A stretch of 64,000 nucleotides of DNA, from positions 54,507 through 118,506 of the forward strand of contig JAYZEG010000028.1 of NCBI GenBank assembly GCA_036337435.1, written 5' to 3'. Position numbers and translations under genes: made by a program. Below are positions 9,786-19,593 of this stretch, piece by piece (position 1 is the first letter of the stretch; each line of letters begins with the position of its first letter). The DNA comes from Myxococcota bacterium. GTDB taxonomy: Bacteria; Myxococcota_A; Bradymonadia; UBA7976; UBA1532. Under the pieces are notes generated by a model that searched no databases, was not told the origin of the DNA, and saw nothing but the letters and a program-made list of their open reading frames with translations.

Positions 9786-10319
9786 TCAAAGGTTTCCCAG
9801 AATTCCATATACAAATCGGTGCGGGTCATAAGGTGGCATCGTGCTTAAATAATCGTACGTACAGCCTAACTGGCCCGTCGCTTGGCTCACTACGTTGCAC
9901 GATTTCAGCGAGAGCTTCCACCATTCCGAACCCACCTTCACATCGGTATTCGATCGATTTGACCGAGTTTCAACGACAATTCGAAATTGATATCGACACT
10001 CCGATTGAACCCGCTTTTGGTCCGCTTCGTCGCCTTCGACTACGAATAACCTCAGCCCCCGGCTATCGAGGCCGAATGCCGTTGGCCACTGGACGCCCCG
10101 AAACTGGTCAAGCTTGAAGCAAACGATTCGCGTTCGCACTCGGTCAGTTCTTGGATACGCCTGATCCACTGGGAGACCTTGCTCGGTCAGACGCGCTTTG
10201 ATTTTGCCGACAACATGCGCCTGCTGCCCTCTCACCGACAGCGATGTTGGTGTGCAGCCCGCTACGCAGCTCAAAGACACCAGCACGAGGCCAAGGGATG
10301 ATAAAAAGTGATGGCTCAT
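9786..10319 (-). CDS. hypothetical lipoprotein
   Basis: TGATG coupling to ruvB stop; lipobox VAGC. Confidence 0.6.
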   Translation of the reverse strand: MSHHFLSSLGLVLVSLSCVAGCTPTSLSVRGQQAHVVGKIKARLTEQGLPVDQAYPRTDRVRTRIVCFKLDQFRGVQWPTAFGLDSRGLRLFVVEGDEADQKRVQSECRYQFRIVVETRSNRSNTDVKVGSEWWKLSLKSCNVVSQATGQLGCTYDYLSTMPPYDPHRFVYGILGNL

Positions 10320-11332
10320 CAGAGAAGAGACTCTTGTCTGCTGCCCCATGGCCGCCCAAAGTGTGTGTATGCTAAGCGCGTTGCCAATCGGCCCCTCTGA
10401 GTTCGTTTAATGTAGCCTTCCTTAAGCAGATAGGGTTCGTACACATCTTCGACGGTTTGTTTTTCCTCTCCGATTGCCGCGGCAATCGTATCCAAGCCGA
10501 CTGGACCCCCATCGAATTTGTCGATCATAGTCAGTAATAAACGCCTGTCCATCCGGTCGAACCCTGCTTGATCGATATCTAGTTGCTCTAATGCAGCTTC
10601 GGCAACATCGACGGTGACAATCCCCTCAGCCCGGACCTCTGCGATATCTCGAATGCGCCGGAGCAACCGATTCGCGATTCGAGGGGTGCCGCGCGACCGT
10701 TGCGCAATGACCAAATTTGCCCCGTTTCTGAGTTCAACACCTAAGAGACCTGCAGAGCGAGACACAATACGGCCAAGCTCATCGGGCGTATAGAATTCAA
10801 GATGCTCAACCACTCCGAAGCGGTCTCTCATGGGCGATGTAAGCAGGCCCGCTCGAGTTGTTGCACCAACCAGTGTGAACGGACGCAATTCAATGGGTAC
10901 ACTGCGTGCATAAACGCCATCACCCACCACCACGTCGAATCGCAGATCTTCCATAGCTGGGTATAAGTTTTCTTCAACAACTGCGCTCAACCTATGAATT
11001 TCATCAATGAAGAGAACATCGTGCTCCTCTAAATTGGTTAGAATACCAGCCAGATCCCCTTTTTTCTCAAGGGCTGGCCCGCTGGTCACGTGAAGCCTGC
11101 TGCCCAGTTCTTGCGCAATAATATGTGCCAGTGTTGTTTTGCCAAGACCCGGGGGACCACTGAGCAATACGTGGTCGAGGGCTTCACCACGCCGTCGAGC
11201 AGCCTCCACGAAAATGCGTAGGTTCTCTTTGACGCGTTCCTGTCCGATGTACTCGTCGAAATCAGCCGGCCGCAGACCATATTCGGCACCCGCGTCTTCA
11301 ATTTCGATGGAATCTACAATGCGATTTTCCAT
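10319..11332 (-). CDS. ruvB: Holliday junction branch migration helicase RuvB
   Basis: [49 protein letters not shown]. Confidence 0.97.
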   Translation of the reverse strand: MENRIVDSIEIEDAGAEYGLRPADFDEYIGQERVKENLRIFVEAARRRGEALDHVLLSGPPGLGKTTLAHIIAQELGSRLHVTSGPALEKKGDLAGILTNLEEHDVLFIDEIHRLSAVVEENLYPAMEDLRFDVVVGDGVYARSVPIELRPFTLVGATTRAGLLTSPMRDRFGVVEHLEFYTPDELGRIVSRSAGLLGVELRNGANLVIAQRSRGTPRIANRLLRRIRDIAEVRAEGIVTVDVAEAALEQLDIDQAGFDRMDRRLLLTMIDKFDGGPVGLDTIAAAIGEEKQTVEDVYEPYLLKEGYIKRTQRGRLATRLAYTHFGRPWGSRQESLL

Positions 11333-11372
11333 AACCTGCTTTCTATCGTCTTACTAAACAGGTGTCCAGTAA

Positions 11373-11954
11373 TCATTTCGATCTGAGCCGCTTGAGAGCC
11401 TCCTTGAGAAGACCTTCGAAACTGGCATCCTTGCTGTCACTCGCCAAATCTGAACAGAGTTGGTCAACCTCTTTGGCTTTGTATCCTAGGTTTTTCAAAG
11501 CACTCTCTAAATCATCAAGAATTCGATTCGGTTGTCGAGCTGCCACAGCGAGGCCCCCTACCTTCTCTCGGAGTTCGAGTATGATTCTTTCAGATGTCCG
11601 TTTTCCAAGCCCGGGTACGGTGGTGAGGGTTTTTACATCTCCACCACCGATTGCAGCAATCAAAGTACTGGCGTTCAGTCCCGACAAACAGGCTAAGCCA
11701 ATCTTTGGTCCGACGCCGCTGATTGAGATCAATTGTCTGAAGAGCCGTCGCTCATCTAAATTGGCAAAACCAAAAAGTGTAATTTGGTCTTCTCTGACGT
11801 GGGTATGAATGCACACGACCGCTGTGCCACCCGCTGGTGGGAGTTGGTCGAGAACAGTCAATGGGCAAGACACTTCATAGCCGACGCCACTGACGTCGAG
11901 CAGGATACTCTCCATATCCTTTGAAATTACGATACCTTTCAGTTGTCCAATCAT
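11373..11954 (-). CDS. ruvA: Holliday junction branch migration protein RuvA
   Basis: MIGQLKG, GVGYEV, VRED--LFGF, SGVGPK, VPGLGKRTSERIILEL. Confidence 0.96.
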   Translation of the reverse strand: MIGQLKGIVISKDMESILLDVSGVGYEVSCPLTVLDQLPPAGGTAVVCIHTHVREDQITLFGFANLDERRLFRQLISISGVGPKIGLACLSGLNASTLIAAIGGGDVKTLTTVPGLGKRTSERIILELREKVGGLAVAARQPNRILDDLESALKNLGYKAKEVDQLCSDLASDSKDASFEGLLKEALKRLRSK

Positions 11955-12565
11955 TTTAATTCCATGCCTCTTTCTCTCGCGATGGCGAGTAATGCTGCGT
12001 CCATGCTCTTTTTGCTTCTTTTCTTCGATTTAGTGGTCGGTAGACGGGGAGAATTGAGCATTTGCGCATGACAAATAGCAGCCGCGACGGCATCAGCAGC
12101 ATCTTCCTGAGGAATCGATTTAAGACCCAGTCTCAGCGCGATCATTTCCTGGATTTGCGTTTTATTTGCTCGGCCTGTCCCGGTCACGGATTTCTTGATT
12201 TGCAGGGGCGAATACTCGGTTACGGAGAGGCCGCGAACGGCACAGGTCGCGATCGCGACGCCCCGAGCGTGACCGAGGATTAGGGCACTGCGCGCGTTTC
12301 TGTGTTGAAAGACACCTTCGACCGCGACCGCCTCAGGTTTGTATCGCTCTAAGACATCTTCGAGGGATTGCATGAGCAGGCCTAGTCGCTGTGGTAGTGA
12401 CTCCAAACTCGTAAGAACGAATACTCCATTGTCGACATGCTCTATCTTGGAGCCTTGGGATGCAACGAGGCCCCAGCCGCAGAATCGCGAACCGGGATCG
12501 ATCCCGAGAATCCGTTTCGGTCTTTTATCCAACGTCCAAATCCAATGAAGTACCTTTGAATACAC
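11951..12565 (-). CDS. ruvC: crossover junction endodeoxyribonuclease RuvC
   Basis: ILGIDPGS, LGHARGV, EYSP-IKKSVTG-GRA-K-Q, DAADA-A-AICH; start uncertain. Confidence 0.95.
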   Translation of the reverse strand: MYSKVLHWIWTLDKRPKRILGIDPGSRFCGWGLVASQGSKIEHVDNGVFVLTSLESLPQRLGLLMQSLEDVLERYKPEAVAVEGVFQHRNARSALILGHARGVAIATCAVRGLSVTEYSPLQIKKSVTGTGRANKTQIQEMIALRLGLKSIPQEDAADAVAAAICHAQMLNSPRLPTTKSKKRSKKSMDAALLAIARERGMELK

Positions 12566-12572
12566 TAACGTA

Positions 12573-12762
12573 CTTGTAGACTGGAGAAAAGGGGGGCGGG
12601 CCGTTCTCGGCCGTAATAGTGTTCTATTTTCACCTTGTGTGGTGTCTTGACGGCTTCACCCCGATGGACGCAAAGAAAATCGGACCGTCTCCTGAGCCAG
12701 GGCCGCACTGAGAATCCAATGGAATGGATGTAACCGATCCCTATTCGAGCGGCATCTACGGG
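12573..12762 (+). ncRNA. candidate ~190-nt rod-shaped structured RNA (6S RNA-like, or structured leader of the TonB operon)
   Basis: hand-folded nested stems: 12573-80/12755-62, 12586-94/12738-46, 12601-07/12721-27, 12626-32/12709-15, 12637-43/12702-08, 12649-53/12685-89, 12661-65/12679-83. Confidence 0.4.
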
Positions 12763-12950
12763 CATCGGGTCGCTTTATCGGCAGTCCTTCTGACCGACGC
12801 TCCACCATGTGTGCATCGGTCGGCTGTTTCATTGACGCCTTCATGAGAGAGGCATAGTGTAAGCCATCGCGTTGAGCTGTGCTCGCCGGATGACGAATGG
12901 CGACGATGGGTACAGCACAACAGTGTCCACGAGAAAGTGTAGGGTTTGAG

Positions 12951-13628
12951 ATGAGTATTATTGCCCAGGTATTGCCGAGTCAAGGCGAGGGCTTTTCGAT
13001 CATCGAGGCGTTTATGCGCTTCTCCGAGTTGGGAGCTGAGTGGGTCATGTATTTACTCATGATCCTCGGTGCTGTCATGGTCGGCCTATTTGTACAGCGT
13101 TACCGATTCTTTCAGAAACGGCGGATTGATGTTGGCACCTTGGGTGCACAACTGATCGACGCATTGAAGAATAATGATATCGATGCGGCGAAACGTTTGG
13201 TTGCAAACGGCGACTCGATGGAGGCTCGTGTCCTCAGTGACGCCCTGGATGATTTTCACGACGGTCCAGCTGTCGTCGAACAAAAAATTACGAGTGCCCT
13301 GGCTGCTCAAAAGCAGGAATATGACCGATATCTGAACTTCTTCGGCACCTTGGGAAACAACGCGCCTTTTATCGGTCTTTTTGGCACTGTCATCGGGATC
13401 ATCGTTGCGTTTCAAGCTCTTGGAAATAATCCAAAGGGTGGTCTGGAAGTGGTCGGTCCCGGTATTGCTGAGGCACTGGTCGCAACGGCTGTCGGCTTGA
13501 TGATTGCGATTCCTTCAGTGGTTATATTTAACGTGTTTAAAGGCCGCGTAAAGAGCCATGTCAGCAACACAGTCTCCTTGTCGGGGATTGTCAAGGCATG
13601 GGCTGAGCGTCGCTCCGGTGACGCCTGA
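12951..13628 (+). CDS. exbB: MotA/TolQ/ExbB proton channel protein
   Basis: GTLGNNAPFIGLFGTVIGII, GIAEALVATAVGL-IAIP. Confidence 0.9.
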   Translation: MSIIAQVLPSQGEGFSIIEAFMRFSELGAEWVMYLLMILGAVMVGLFVQRYRFFQKRRIDVGTLGAQLIDALKNNDIDAAKRLVANGDSMEARVLSDALDDFHDGPAVVEQKITSALAAQKQEYDRYLNFFGTLGNNAPFIGLFGTVIGIIVAFQALGNNPKGGLEVVGPGIAEALVATAVGLMIAIPSVVIFNVFKGRVKSHVSNTVSLSGIVKAWAERRSGDA

Positions 13629-14098
13629 TGGCTGGCGGTGCTGATCTGAACGATGATGATGATGGTATCGTCGGGATCAATGTGACCCCGCTTGTCGATG
13701 TGATGTTGGTTCTCTTGATCATTTTCATGGTCGCATCAACCTACATCGTAAAAAACAGCATCGAGGTAGATCTTCCGAAAGCAGCGACGGGCGGGGATGT
13801 CTTAGATACAACTTTGTCCATCGTTGTGAGCAAAGGCGGCAGTTTGTTTCTCAATGGTGAGCCGTCGACGGAACAAGAGATTGCAGCCCGGTGTCAACTG
13901 GTTTCAAAAGCTGATCCGAAAGCACAGGCTATCATCGCCGCCGATAAGGCGACGATTCATGGAAATGTTGTAAAAGTGATCGATCTCATTCGGAAAAATG
14001 GCGTTAAAAAATTTGCGATTAATGTCGAACCGGACACCGCGCTGGTTCAACCCGTGCCGGTCAATCCGTCGGCCGAAACCACGCCGCAGTCTCCGTAG
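13628..14098 (+). CDS. exbD: ExbD/TolR biopolymer transport protein
   Basis: INVTPLVDVMLVLLIIFMV, VDLPKA, AD---HG-VV-VID. Confidence 0.92.
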   Translation: MAGGADLNDDDDGIVGINVTPLVDVMLVLLIIFMVASTYIVKNSIEVDLPKAATGGDVLDTTLSIVVSKGGSLFLNGEPSTEQEIAARCQLVSKADPKAQAIIAADKATIHGNVVKVIDLIRKNGVKKFAINVEPDTALVQPVPVNPSAETTPQSP

Positions 14099-14925
14099 TG
14101 CGATCCCTACCCTCCAGCAGCGAGCGTAATGGACGCTTTGGCTTAATCATCGGTGGAACTCTGTTCGGGTTTGCAATTCAAGCTGGTGGGTTGTACGCGG
14201 CGCACCAATACGTTGTGCCCAAAAAAGTCGATAAAAATCTGGTCGTCGAAATGGAGTTTTTTACACCACCGCCGCCTCCACCGCCGCCTCCACCGCCGCC
14301 ACCACCTCCAGAACAGCCCAAGCCCAAGCCCAACCCAAAGCCCAAGCCGAAGCCAAAGCCCAAGCCGAAGCCCAAGCCAAAGCCGAAGCCGAAGCCAAAG
14401 CCAAAGCCGAAGCCGAAGCCGAAGCCGAAGCCGAAGCCGAAGCCGAAACCACAGCCGAAGCCGGAACCGCCCAAGAAAAAGCCAGTTCCGCTTGTGACCG
14501 GGATTACTCTTGGCAGCACCATCAAGGGGGGCAAGGGACCGGCCTTGCAAGTGGGAAACACGCAGATGGGGGACGTCGGGCGCAAGGCTGTAAACCCAGT
14601 GACGGAGCGCGCAACGCCTGTGCCAGAGGTTACCCCAGCTAAAAAAGTTGTTCGACGCAAAGCCAAGCTTATCAAGCGCGTTAAACCGAGGTATCCAAAG
14701 GCTGCCCTGCGCGCAGGGATTGAGGGCAAGATTATCTTTTTGTTAACCGTTGGCGTGGACGGACACGTCAAGAAGGCGAAAGCATTGGGCAAAAAGCTGG
14801 GTTATGGGTTAGACGACGCGGCGATGAAGGCGGTTAAAAAGTTCAAATACAGACCAGCAACAGTCGATGGGACGCCGGTGGTCAGTACTGTCCGTTTCAC
14901 CTGCACCTTCGTACTCGAGAATTGA
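14098..14925 (+). CDS. tonB: TonB family energy transducer
   Basis: N-terminal TM, poly-Pro/(PK)n linker, C-terminal PRYPKAALRAGIEG...GLDDAA...F-YRPA domain. Confidence 0.9.
   Translation: MRSLPSSSERNGRFGLIIGGTLFGFAIQAGGLYAAHQYVVPKKVDKNLVVEMEFFTPPPPPPPPPPPPPPPEQPKPKPNPKPKPKPKPKPKPKPKPKPKPKPKPKPKPKPKPKPKPKPQPKPEPPKKKPVPLVTGITLGSTIKGGKGPALQVGNTQMGDVGRKAVNPVTERATPVPEVTPAKKVVRRKAKLIKRVKPRYPKAALRAGIEGKIIFLLTVGVDGHVKKAKALGKKLGYGLDDAAMKAVKKFKYRPATVDGTPVVSTVRFTCTFVLEN
14266..14470 (+). repeat. coding low-complexity repeat: 15 Pro followed by ~20 Pro-Lys dipeptides (6-bp units such as aagccg)
   Basis: directly visible tandem repeats within tonB. Confidence 0.95.
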
Positions 14926-14926
14926 G

Positions 14927-17557
14927 ATGGTCAACTCTAGGTCAGCCATGTGGCGATTCTGTCTCTCAGTTATTTTCTTTGTCAGCTTTTTGACCGGGGA
15001 TAGTCTTGCCACTGACGATGACGCAGGGCCAAAATTAACGAAAGAGCCAACCGTTTTAGAGATGGTGGAAGCAACCTATCCGAAGGCTCTTTTTGACAGT
15101 GGTACGACTGGGCGGGTTGAACTCAAGATTACAATTGATGAGACCGGTTCGGTCACGGAGGCTGAGATCCACAAGAGCTCCGGGTTTGCCGAGTTCGACA
15201 GTGCGGCACAAGAAGCTCTATATCAATTCAAGTTTAGTCCGGCTTACATAGACAATGAACCTGGCGCGGTACAGATAATCTACGGGTATGCGTTCACCAT
15301 CGAAAGTGCGCTCGACGAGCGGCCCGTAGATACCTCACGGTTGTCTCAGCCCACGGGACGTCTAGCGGGAACAGTTCTGCGGAAAGGGACTCGCGACCCC
15401 GTTGTCGGTTTGACTATACGTCTTCCTAAGCTTGGACTTGAAAGTATGACCGACGAAAATGGCCAGTTTGCTTTTGATGACCTACCAGAGGGGCCATTAA
15501 TCATCGAGCTGAATGACCCTGATCACTACAATTTGGAGGACGAGGAGCCCATTGAAGCCGGAAAAGAATTGAACGTGAGATACTATCTCGAACCGACAGG
15601 CTTGAACGAAAATCAGGTCACCGTCGTCGGGCGGAGGGTCAAGAAGGAAGTTGCCAAACGGACACTCACGGTCCAAGAGATTAGGAAAATTCCCGGCGCA
15701 AGTGGAGATGCTCTCAAAGTCATTGAAAATTTACCAGGTGTTGCAAGAACTGCCTTGGGTTTAGGCGGGCTCATCGTCCGCGGCAGCAACTTTGGCGATT
15801 CTGCAGCCGTAGTCGATCGACATTTGATTCCCATTCCTTTCCATTTTGGCGGACTGAGAAGTGTTATTGCTAGTGAAATGATCGACACAATCGATTTTTA
15901 CCCAGGTAACTTTGGTGCTGAGTATGGGCGTTTTAGTGGAGGCCTTATCGACATCCGGTTGCGTAGACCTCGCGCTGACCGTTTCTCTGGTCGATTTGAG
16001 GCAGATGTTTTCGATTCCGGGGTCTTTGTCGAAGGGCCATTAACCGATGAACTGACAATCGCTGTTGGGGCGCGTCGCAGCTATGTAGACTTTCTCATCG
16101 GCGCTGCTCTCAAAGACATTGACGATATCAATTTTCAGACCGTCCCGAGATACTATGATTACCAATTGATTCTAGATTACCGTTCTGGGCGTCATCAAGT
16201 ACGCACGTTTCTGATGGGCTCTGATGACGAAATGGTCTTTGTTCTCAATGAACCACCCGCTGGTAATGCGGCACTCAGGGGTCAACTTGAAAATAAGGTT
16301 GGCTTTGCGCGGGGCTATTTGAGCTGGATTTGGCGCGCGAGTGACCGGTTCACCAACGACCTGAGCGTCGCACTTGGCCGCAACACACTCGTCCTCAATT
16401 TTGGGCCGGATATCCGTGTCGATAATCTTGCGTGGCAGCTGACAGTCCGAGAAGACATGGCATACGTCTTTTCAGACAAGATAAAATGGCGAGCCGGATT
16501 GGACTATGATGGTTTCTTTGGAACACTTGATTTAAACCTACCGCTCCCACCTAAAGAAGGCGGTGGTGGTCAACAGGGACGCAGTTATTCAAGCGTTGAC
16601 TTCATCGAGGTCAGACGTGATTTTTTACTCAAAAATCCGGCCATTTGGACCGAACTCCAAATCTCACTTCTAGATAAGCATATTCTGATCATTCCAGGTT
16701 TTCGCTCTGAATATGATCTTGTGATTGATGACTATATCTTAGACCCTCGGCTGACAGCGCGCTACGCCATTGTCAAAGACGTCACAACAGTCAAAGCCGG
16801 CATTGGGCTTTTCTCCCAGAGACCAAGTCCGGACGAGACCGATGCTGACTTTGGCGACCCGGACATAAATTTTGAGCGTGCGATACATTTTTCTGCTGGA
16901 ATTGAACAGCAGCTGAGCGAGTTCATTGAACTCGACCTCGTGGGTTTCTATAAGCACCTTTACGACCTCATTCGTCCAATCGACCAGACGGGTGTTGGCA
17001 CGAGTTTGGATTCGGCCCCTGAGCGCCGGTTGGCCAACAGCGGGACTGGGCGTGTTTACGGTATGGAGGTTCTCCTGCGTCATGCGCCGTCAGAGCGATT
17101 TTTCGGTTGGCTGAGCTATACCCTCATGCGCTCGGAACGGCGGCGTAGCGATGGGCCTGGTTATCGGCCATTTGATTTTGATCAAACTCACGTTTTGACT
17201 GTTCTTGGTCAATACAAACTCACCAACGCTTGGGAGTTTGGAGCGAGATTTCAATACAGTACGGGTCGACCTCAAACACCCTTTGTCGGTTCTGTTTACA
17301 ATTCTGATTCCGATAGCTACGAGGGCATCCCCGGAGAGGTCAACAGCGTACGCATCCCATCGTATCATCGTTTAGACATTCGACTCGATCGAAACTGGAT
17401 CTTCAACACATGGATATTAAGTGCCTATTTCGAGATTCAAAATGTCTACAATCGTGCAAATCCGGAGCGTTTAAACCCCAATTACGACTTTTCGAGTGCA
17501 AGTTATACCAGTGGGCTTCCCATCATTCCGTCTCTCGGTATAAGGGGGCAATTCTAG
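14927..17557 (+). CDS. TonB-dependent receptor with N-terminal TonB_C and carboxypeptidase-regulatory-like domains
   Basis: signal peptide; YP...G-V...IDETG...FDSAA...FKFSPA; plug IRKIPG--GDALK--LPGV; PSYHRLDIR; C-terminal LGIRGQF. Confidence 0.9.
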   Translation: MVNSRSAMWRFCLSVIFFVSFLTGDSLATDDDAGPKLTKEPTVLEMVEATYPKALFDSGTTGRVELKITIDETGSVTEAEIHKSSGFAEFDSAAQEALYQFKFSPAYIDNEPGAVQIIYGYAFTIESALDERPVDTSRLSQPTGRLAGTVLRKGTRDPVVGLTIRLPKLGLESMTDENGQFAFDDLPEGPLIIELNDPDHYNLEDEEPIEAGKELNVRYYLEPTGLNENQVTVVGRRVKKEVAKRTLTVQEIRKIPGASGDALKVIENLPGVARTALGLGGLIVRGSNFGDSAAVVDRHLIPIPFHFGGLRSVIASEMIDTIDFYPGNFGAEYGRFSGGLIDIRLRRPRADRFSGRFEADVFDSGVFVEGPLTDELTIAVGARRSYVDFLIGAALKDIDDINFQTVPRYYDYQLILDYRSGRHQVRTFLMGSDDEMVFVLNEPPAGNAALRGQLENKVGFARGYLSWIWRASDRFTNDLSVALGRNTLVLNFGPDIRVDNLAWQLTVREDMAYVFSDKIKWRAGLDYDGFFGTLDLNLPLPPKEGGGGQQGRSYSSVDFIEVRRDFLLKNPAIWTELQISLLDKHILIIPGFRSEYDLVIDDYILDPRLTARYAIVKDVTTVKAGIGLFSQRPSPDETDADFGDPDINFERAIHFSAGIEQQLSEFIELDLVGFYKHLYDLIRPIDQTGVGTSLDSAPERRLANSGTGRVYGMEVLLRHAPSERFFGWLSYTLMRSERRRSDGPGYRPFDFDQTHVLTVLGQYKLTNAWEFGARFQYSTGRPQTPFVGSVYNSDSDSYEGIPGEVNSVRIPSYHRLDIRLDRNWIFNTWILSAYFEIQNVYNRANPERLNPNYDFSSASYTSGLPIIPSLGIRGQF

Positions 17558-18600
17558 TGGCACAGCGATATTTTTGGATATGTACTGTTGGCTTATTTTT
17601 GCTGGCCTGCGGTGCTCAGGATAAGGATGGGCCATCTAAACTCAATGACCTGCGTATTCTCGGTCTTGTTACCGAAACGCCTGAGTTCAAACTCGCGTCG
17701 CTCATCGATACATCCGGTCAGGCTCTTGAGGTCTCTGCGATCGATTTCCATCCCGGTGATATCGATGGCAGACAAATTGATCGGCTTTACGTCTGGCAGC
17801 TTTGCTTCTCCCTCGGTGCCCTTGCAAAATTTGAATGCTTGGCCGAGGACAAAGTCGTTGAGATGACGACCGATTCACCATCGATGGATTTAACCCTCGA
17901 TGCTGCGACCCTTCTAGCGTTGATTCCTGAAGAGTTTCTCACTGCAGAACAATCACCATTCTCAACAATGATGACGGTTAATTCTCCCCCTGATGAGGTC
18001 TGCCCTGAGGGTCTCGGTGTCGGTTGCTCAGTCGATGACGATTGTCCGCCCAGTTTATCTTGTTCGTCTGAGGTTTGCGAGCCAGTGCCCGCAACCAGCC
18101 CCGTGCCGTTGATCGTCCGAGTGACCGTCTCTTCTGCAGATGAGCAGACGGTGACCGCTGCACGAACAATTGGTCTGAGATTCGCAGGCGAGCTCAATCA
18201 AAATCCGCAATTCGGTGAATTTGAAATTGGAATGGGTCGATTAGATGCTCCTGAACTCACAACAACCGATGATGACTGCGTTCAGCTTGGGCCCTTCGAC
18301 GCGGCCGTTCTTAGCCTGCCAATCAAGGCGACTTTTGAGGAGTCGTCTTTGCAAGCATTTCCTTATGTTGACGAAGGTCGCTGCCGGGAGGGTGATGAAT
18401 TTGAGTCAGCTTTTGTGAGTTGGTACAGCAGCAGTGGAACGTTCGATAATCAAGTGATAACAACCGACTATTCGGACAACAAACTTAAGTTTGAGAGTGC
18501 TACGGCTGAAACCGTGCGCGTCTACGCATCGCTTCGAGATGGTCGTAACGGGCTTGCAATGAGCTGCTTCGAATTTGAACGGGTTGTGGTGCCTCAATAA
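17557..18600 (+). CDS. TBDR-associated lipoprotein
   Basis: GTG overlaps TBDR stop; lipobox LLAC; LRILG---PE, NQNP, SWYSSSG-F, LRDGRNG. Confidence 0.7.
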   Translation: MAQRYFWICTVGLFLLACGAQDKDGPSKLNDLRILGLVTETPEFKLASLIDTSGQALEVSAIDFHPGDIDGRQIDRLYVWQLCFSLGALAKFECLAEDKVVEMTTDSPSMDLTLDAATLLALIPEEFLTAEQSPFSTMMTVNSPPDEVCPEGLGVGCSVDDDCPPSLSCSSEVCEPVPATSPVPLIVRVTVSSADEQTVTAARTIGLRFAGELNQNPQFGEFEIGMGRLDAPELTTTDDDCVQLGPFDAAVLSLPIKATFEESSLQAFPYVDEGRCREGDEFESAFVSWYSSSGTFDNQVITTDYSDNKLKFESATAETVRVYASLRDGRNGLAMSCFEFERVVVPQ

Positions 18601-18667
18601 ACGCCTGAAAAAAATGCAACACACGTAGCCCACTGCCGAGTGGAAGATTTACCTCGTTCCATCTGAG

Positions 18668-18988
18668 TTGGAGACACGGGTTGATTTTAGCCATGTGGAG
18701 TTTGTTGTTGTGAAAATACCAGTCATCATTTGCCTCCTTATTTTAACGTCCGGCATTGCTCGCAGCGAGCGCGATAGCGGGTTGTCGACCCCTTTAAATC
18801 AATTGTCATTGACCCACGAAAGTGAGCGTCTAAACCCATTGAAGCGGTGGCATGATTACCTACCAGAATTGCGTCTAAAACTATATTTTCAAGGAAGCGG
18901 TGCCGGCTCATCAATGACCGAAAAAAGGGTTGGTTTTACTGTGCTGTTGAGATGGTACGTGGCTGGTCAAACTGGGCTAACTCGATGA
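18668..18988 (+). CDS. small exported hypothetical protein
   Basis: signal-like N-terminus; YLPELRL...GFTVLLRW; ATGA coupling to next gene. Confidence 0.5.
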   Translation: METRVDFSHVEFVVVKIPVIICLLILTSGIARSERDSGLSTPLNQLSLTHESERLNPLKRWHDYLPELRLKLYFQGSGAGSSMTEKRVGFTVLLRWYVAGQTGLTR

Positions 18989-19593
18989 TGCCTTCAGCTC
19001 TCGTTGCGTTCTTCCTTTGGATCGGAATGCCCTTAAAACAGACGGAACCAACCTTGTACAAAAGTCACTGGGCAGTCCTGGAAAAGTTGCACAATTACGT
19101 AGACTCAAAGAAGACAGCTCACGCTCACGACCTGACCGGTATGGGGCGACGAGCTCGTTCATCTGCTTGGATTCCAACAGTCGGAGCGACCTACCGTTTC
19201 GTCCAAGATGACTGGAATCGAACAACCGTCGAAGACAGTCAGCGTTTGACCGATTTGTCTGTCGACAACAGCATTCGTTTTGGGCGTCGATATCAGGTCG
19301 GGTTTGAGGTTTCATGGAAACTCTCAGACCTTCTATATCATCCCGATGAGTTAAGAATTGCCGACTCGGCGCGTCGTTTTGATGCCAAGCGTAAAGCGCA
19401 AAAGGCCGCTTTGACAGAGGCGTACATCAACTGGATTAAGGCAAGTCCGACCCGCGTCATTACACCAACCATTGAATCACTTCGGGCTGCCCAACAGAAA
19501 CGACTGCATTGGGCTTTAATCCTTAATTCGCTCACCGGGGGAGAATTCTCAAAGATGGGCAAACAAACGTTTGGATATGGTGTCTCAAAATGA
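18985..19593 (+). CDS. hypothetical protein resembling one TolC/OEP repeat
   Basis: RARSSAWIPTVGATY...GFEVSWKLSDLLY...ALTEAY...LNSLTGG. Confidence 0.55.
   Translation: MMPSALVAFFLWIGMPLKQTEPTLYKSHWAVLEKLHNYVDSKKTAHAHDLTGMGRRARSSAWIPTVGATYRFVQDDWNRTTVEDSQRLTDLSVDNSIRFGRRYQVGFEVSWKLSDLLYHPDELRIADSARRFDAKRKAQKAALTEAYINWIKASPTRVITPTIESLRAAQQKRLHWALILNSLTGGEFSKMGKQTFGYGVSK

Noticed and set aside
12600..12900. Cobalamin or TPP riboswitch ahead of the TonB operon
   Set aside because: Core consensus elements are absent on the + strand; partial look-alikes (aataggga, caggagac) are on the - strand facing ruvC
12951..14098. exbB/exbD as the AglR/Q/S gliding motor
   Set aside because: There is only one ExbD-type gene and it is coupled to tonB and a TBDR, which fits an uptake system
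14266..14470. Possible CRISPR or other non-coding tandem array
   Set aside because: The 6-bp units are in-frame coding with no spacers, and there are no cas genes in the window
14143..14792. Antisense ORFs with (RL)n, (GF)n and (AS)n repeats
   Set aside because: They are shadow frames of the tonB Pro-Lys repeat and show no independent coding signal
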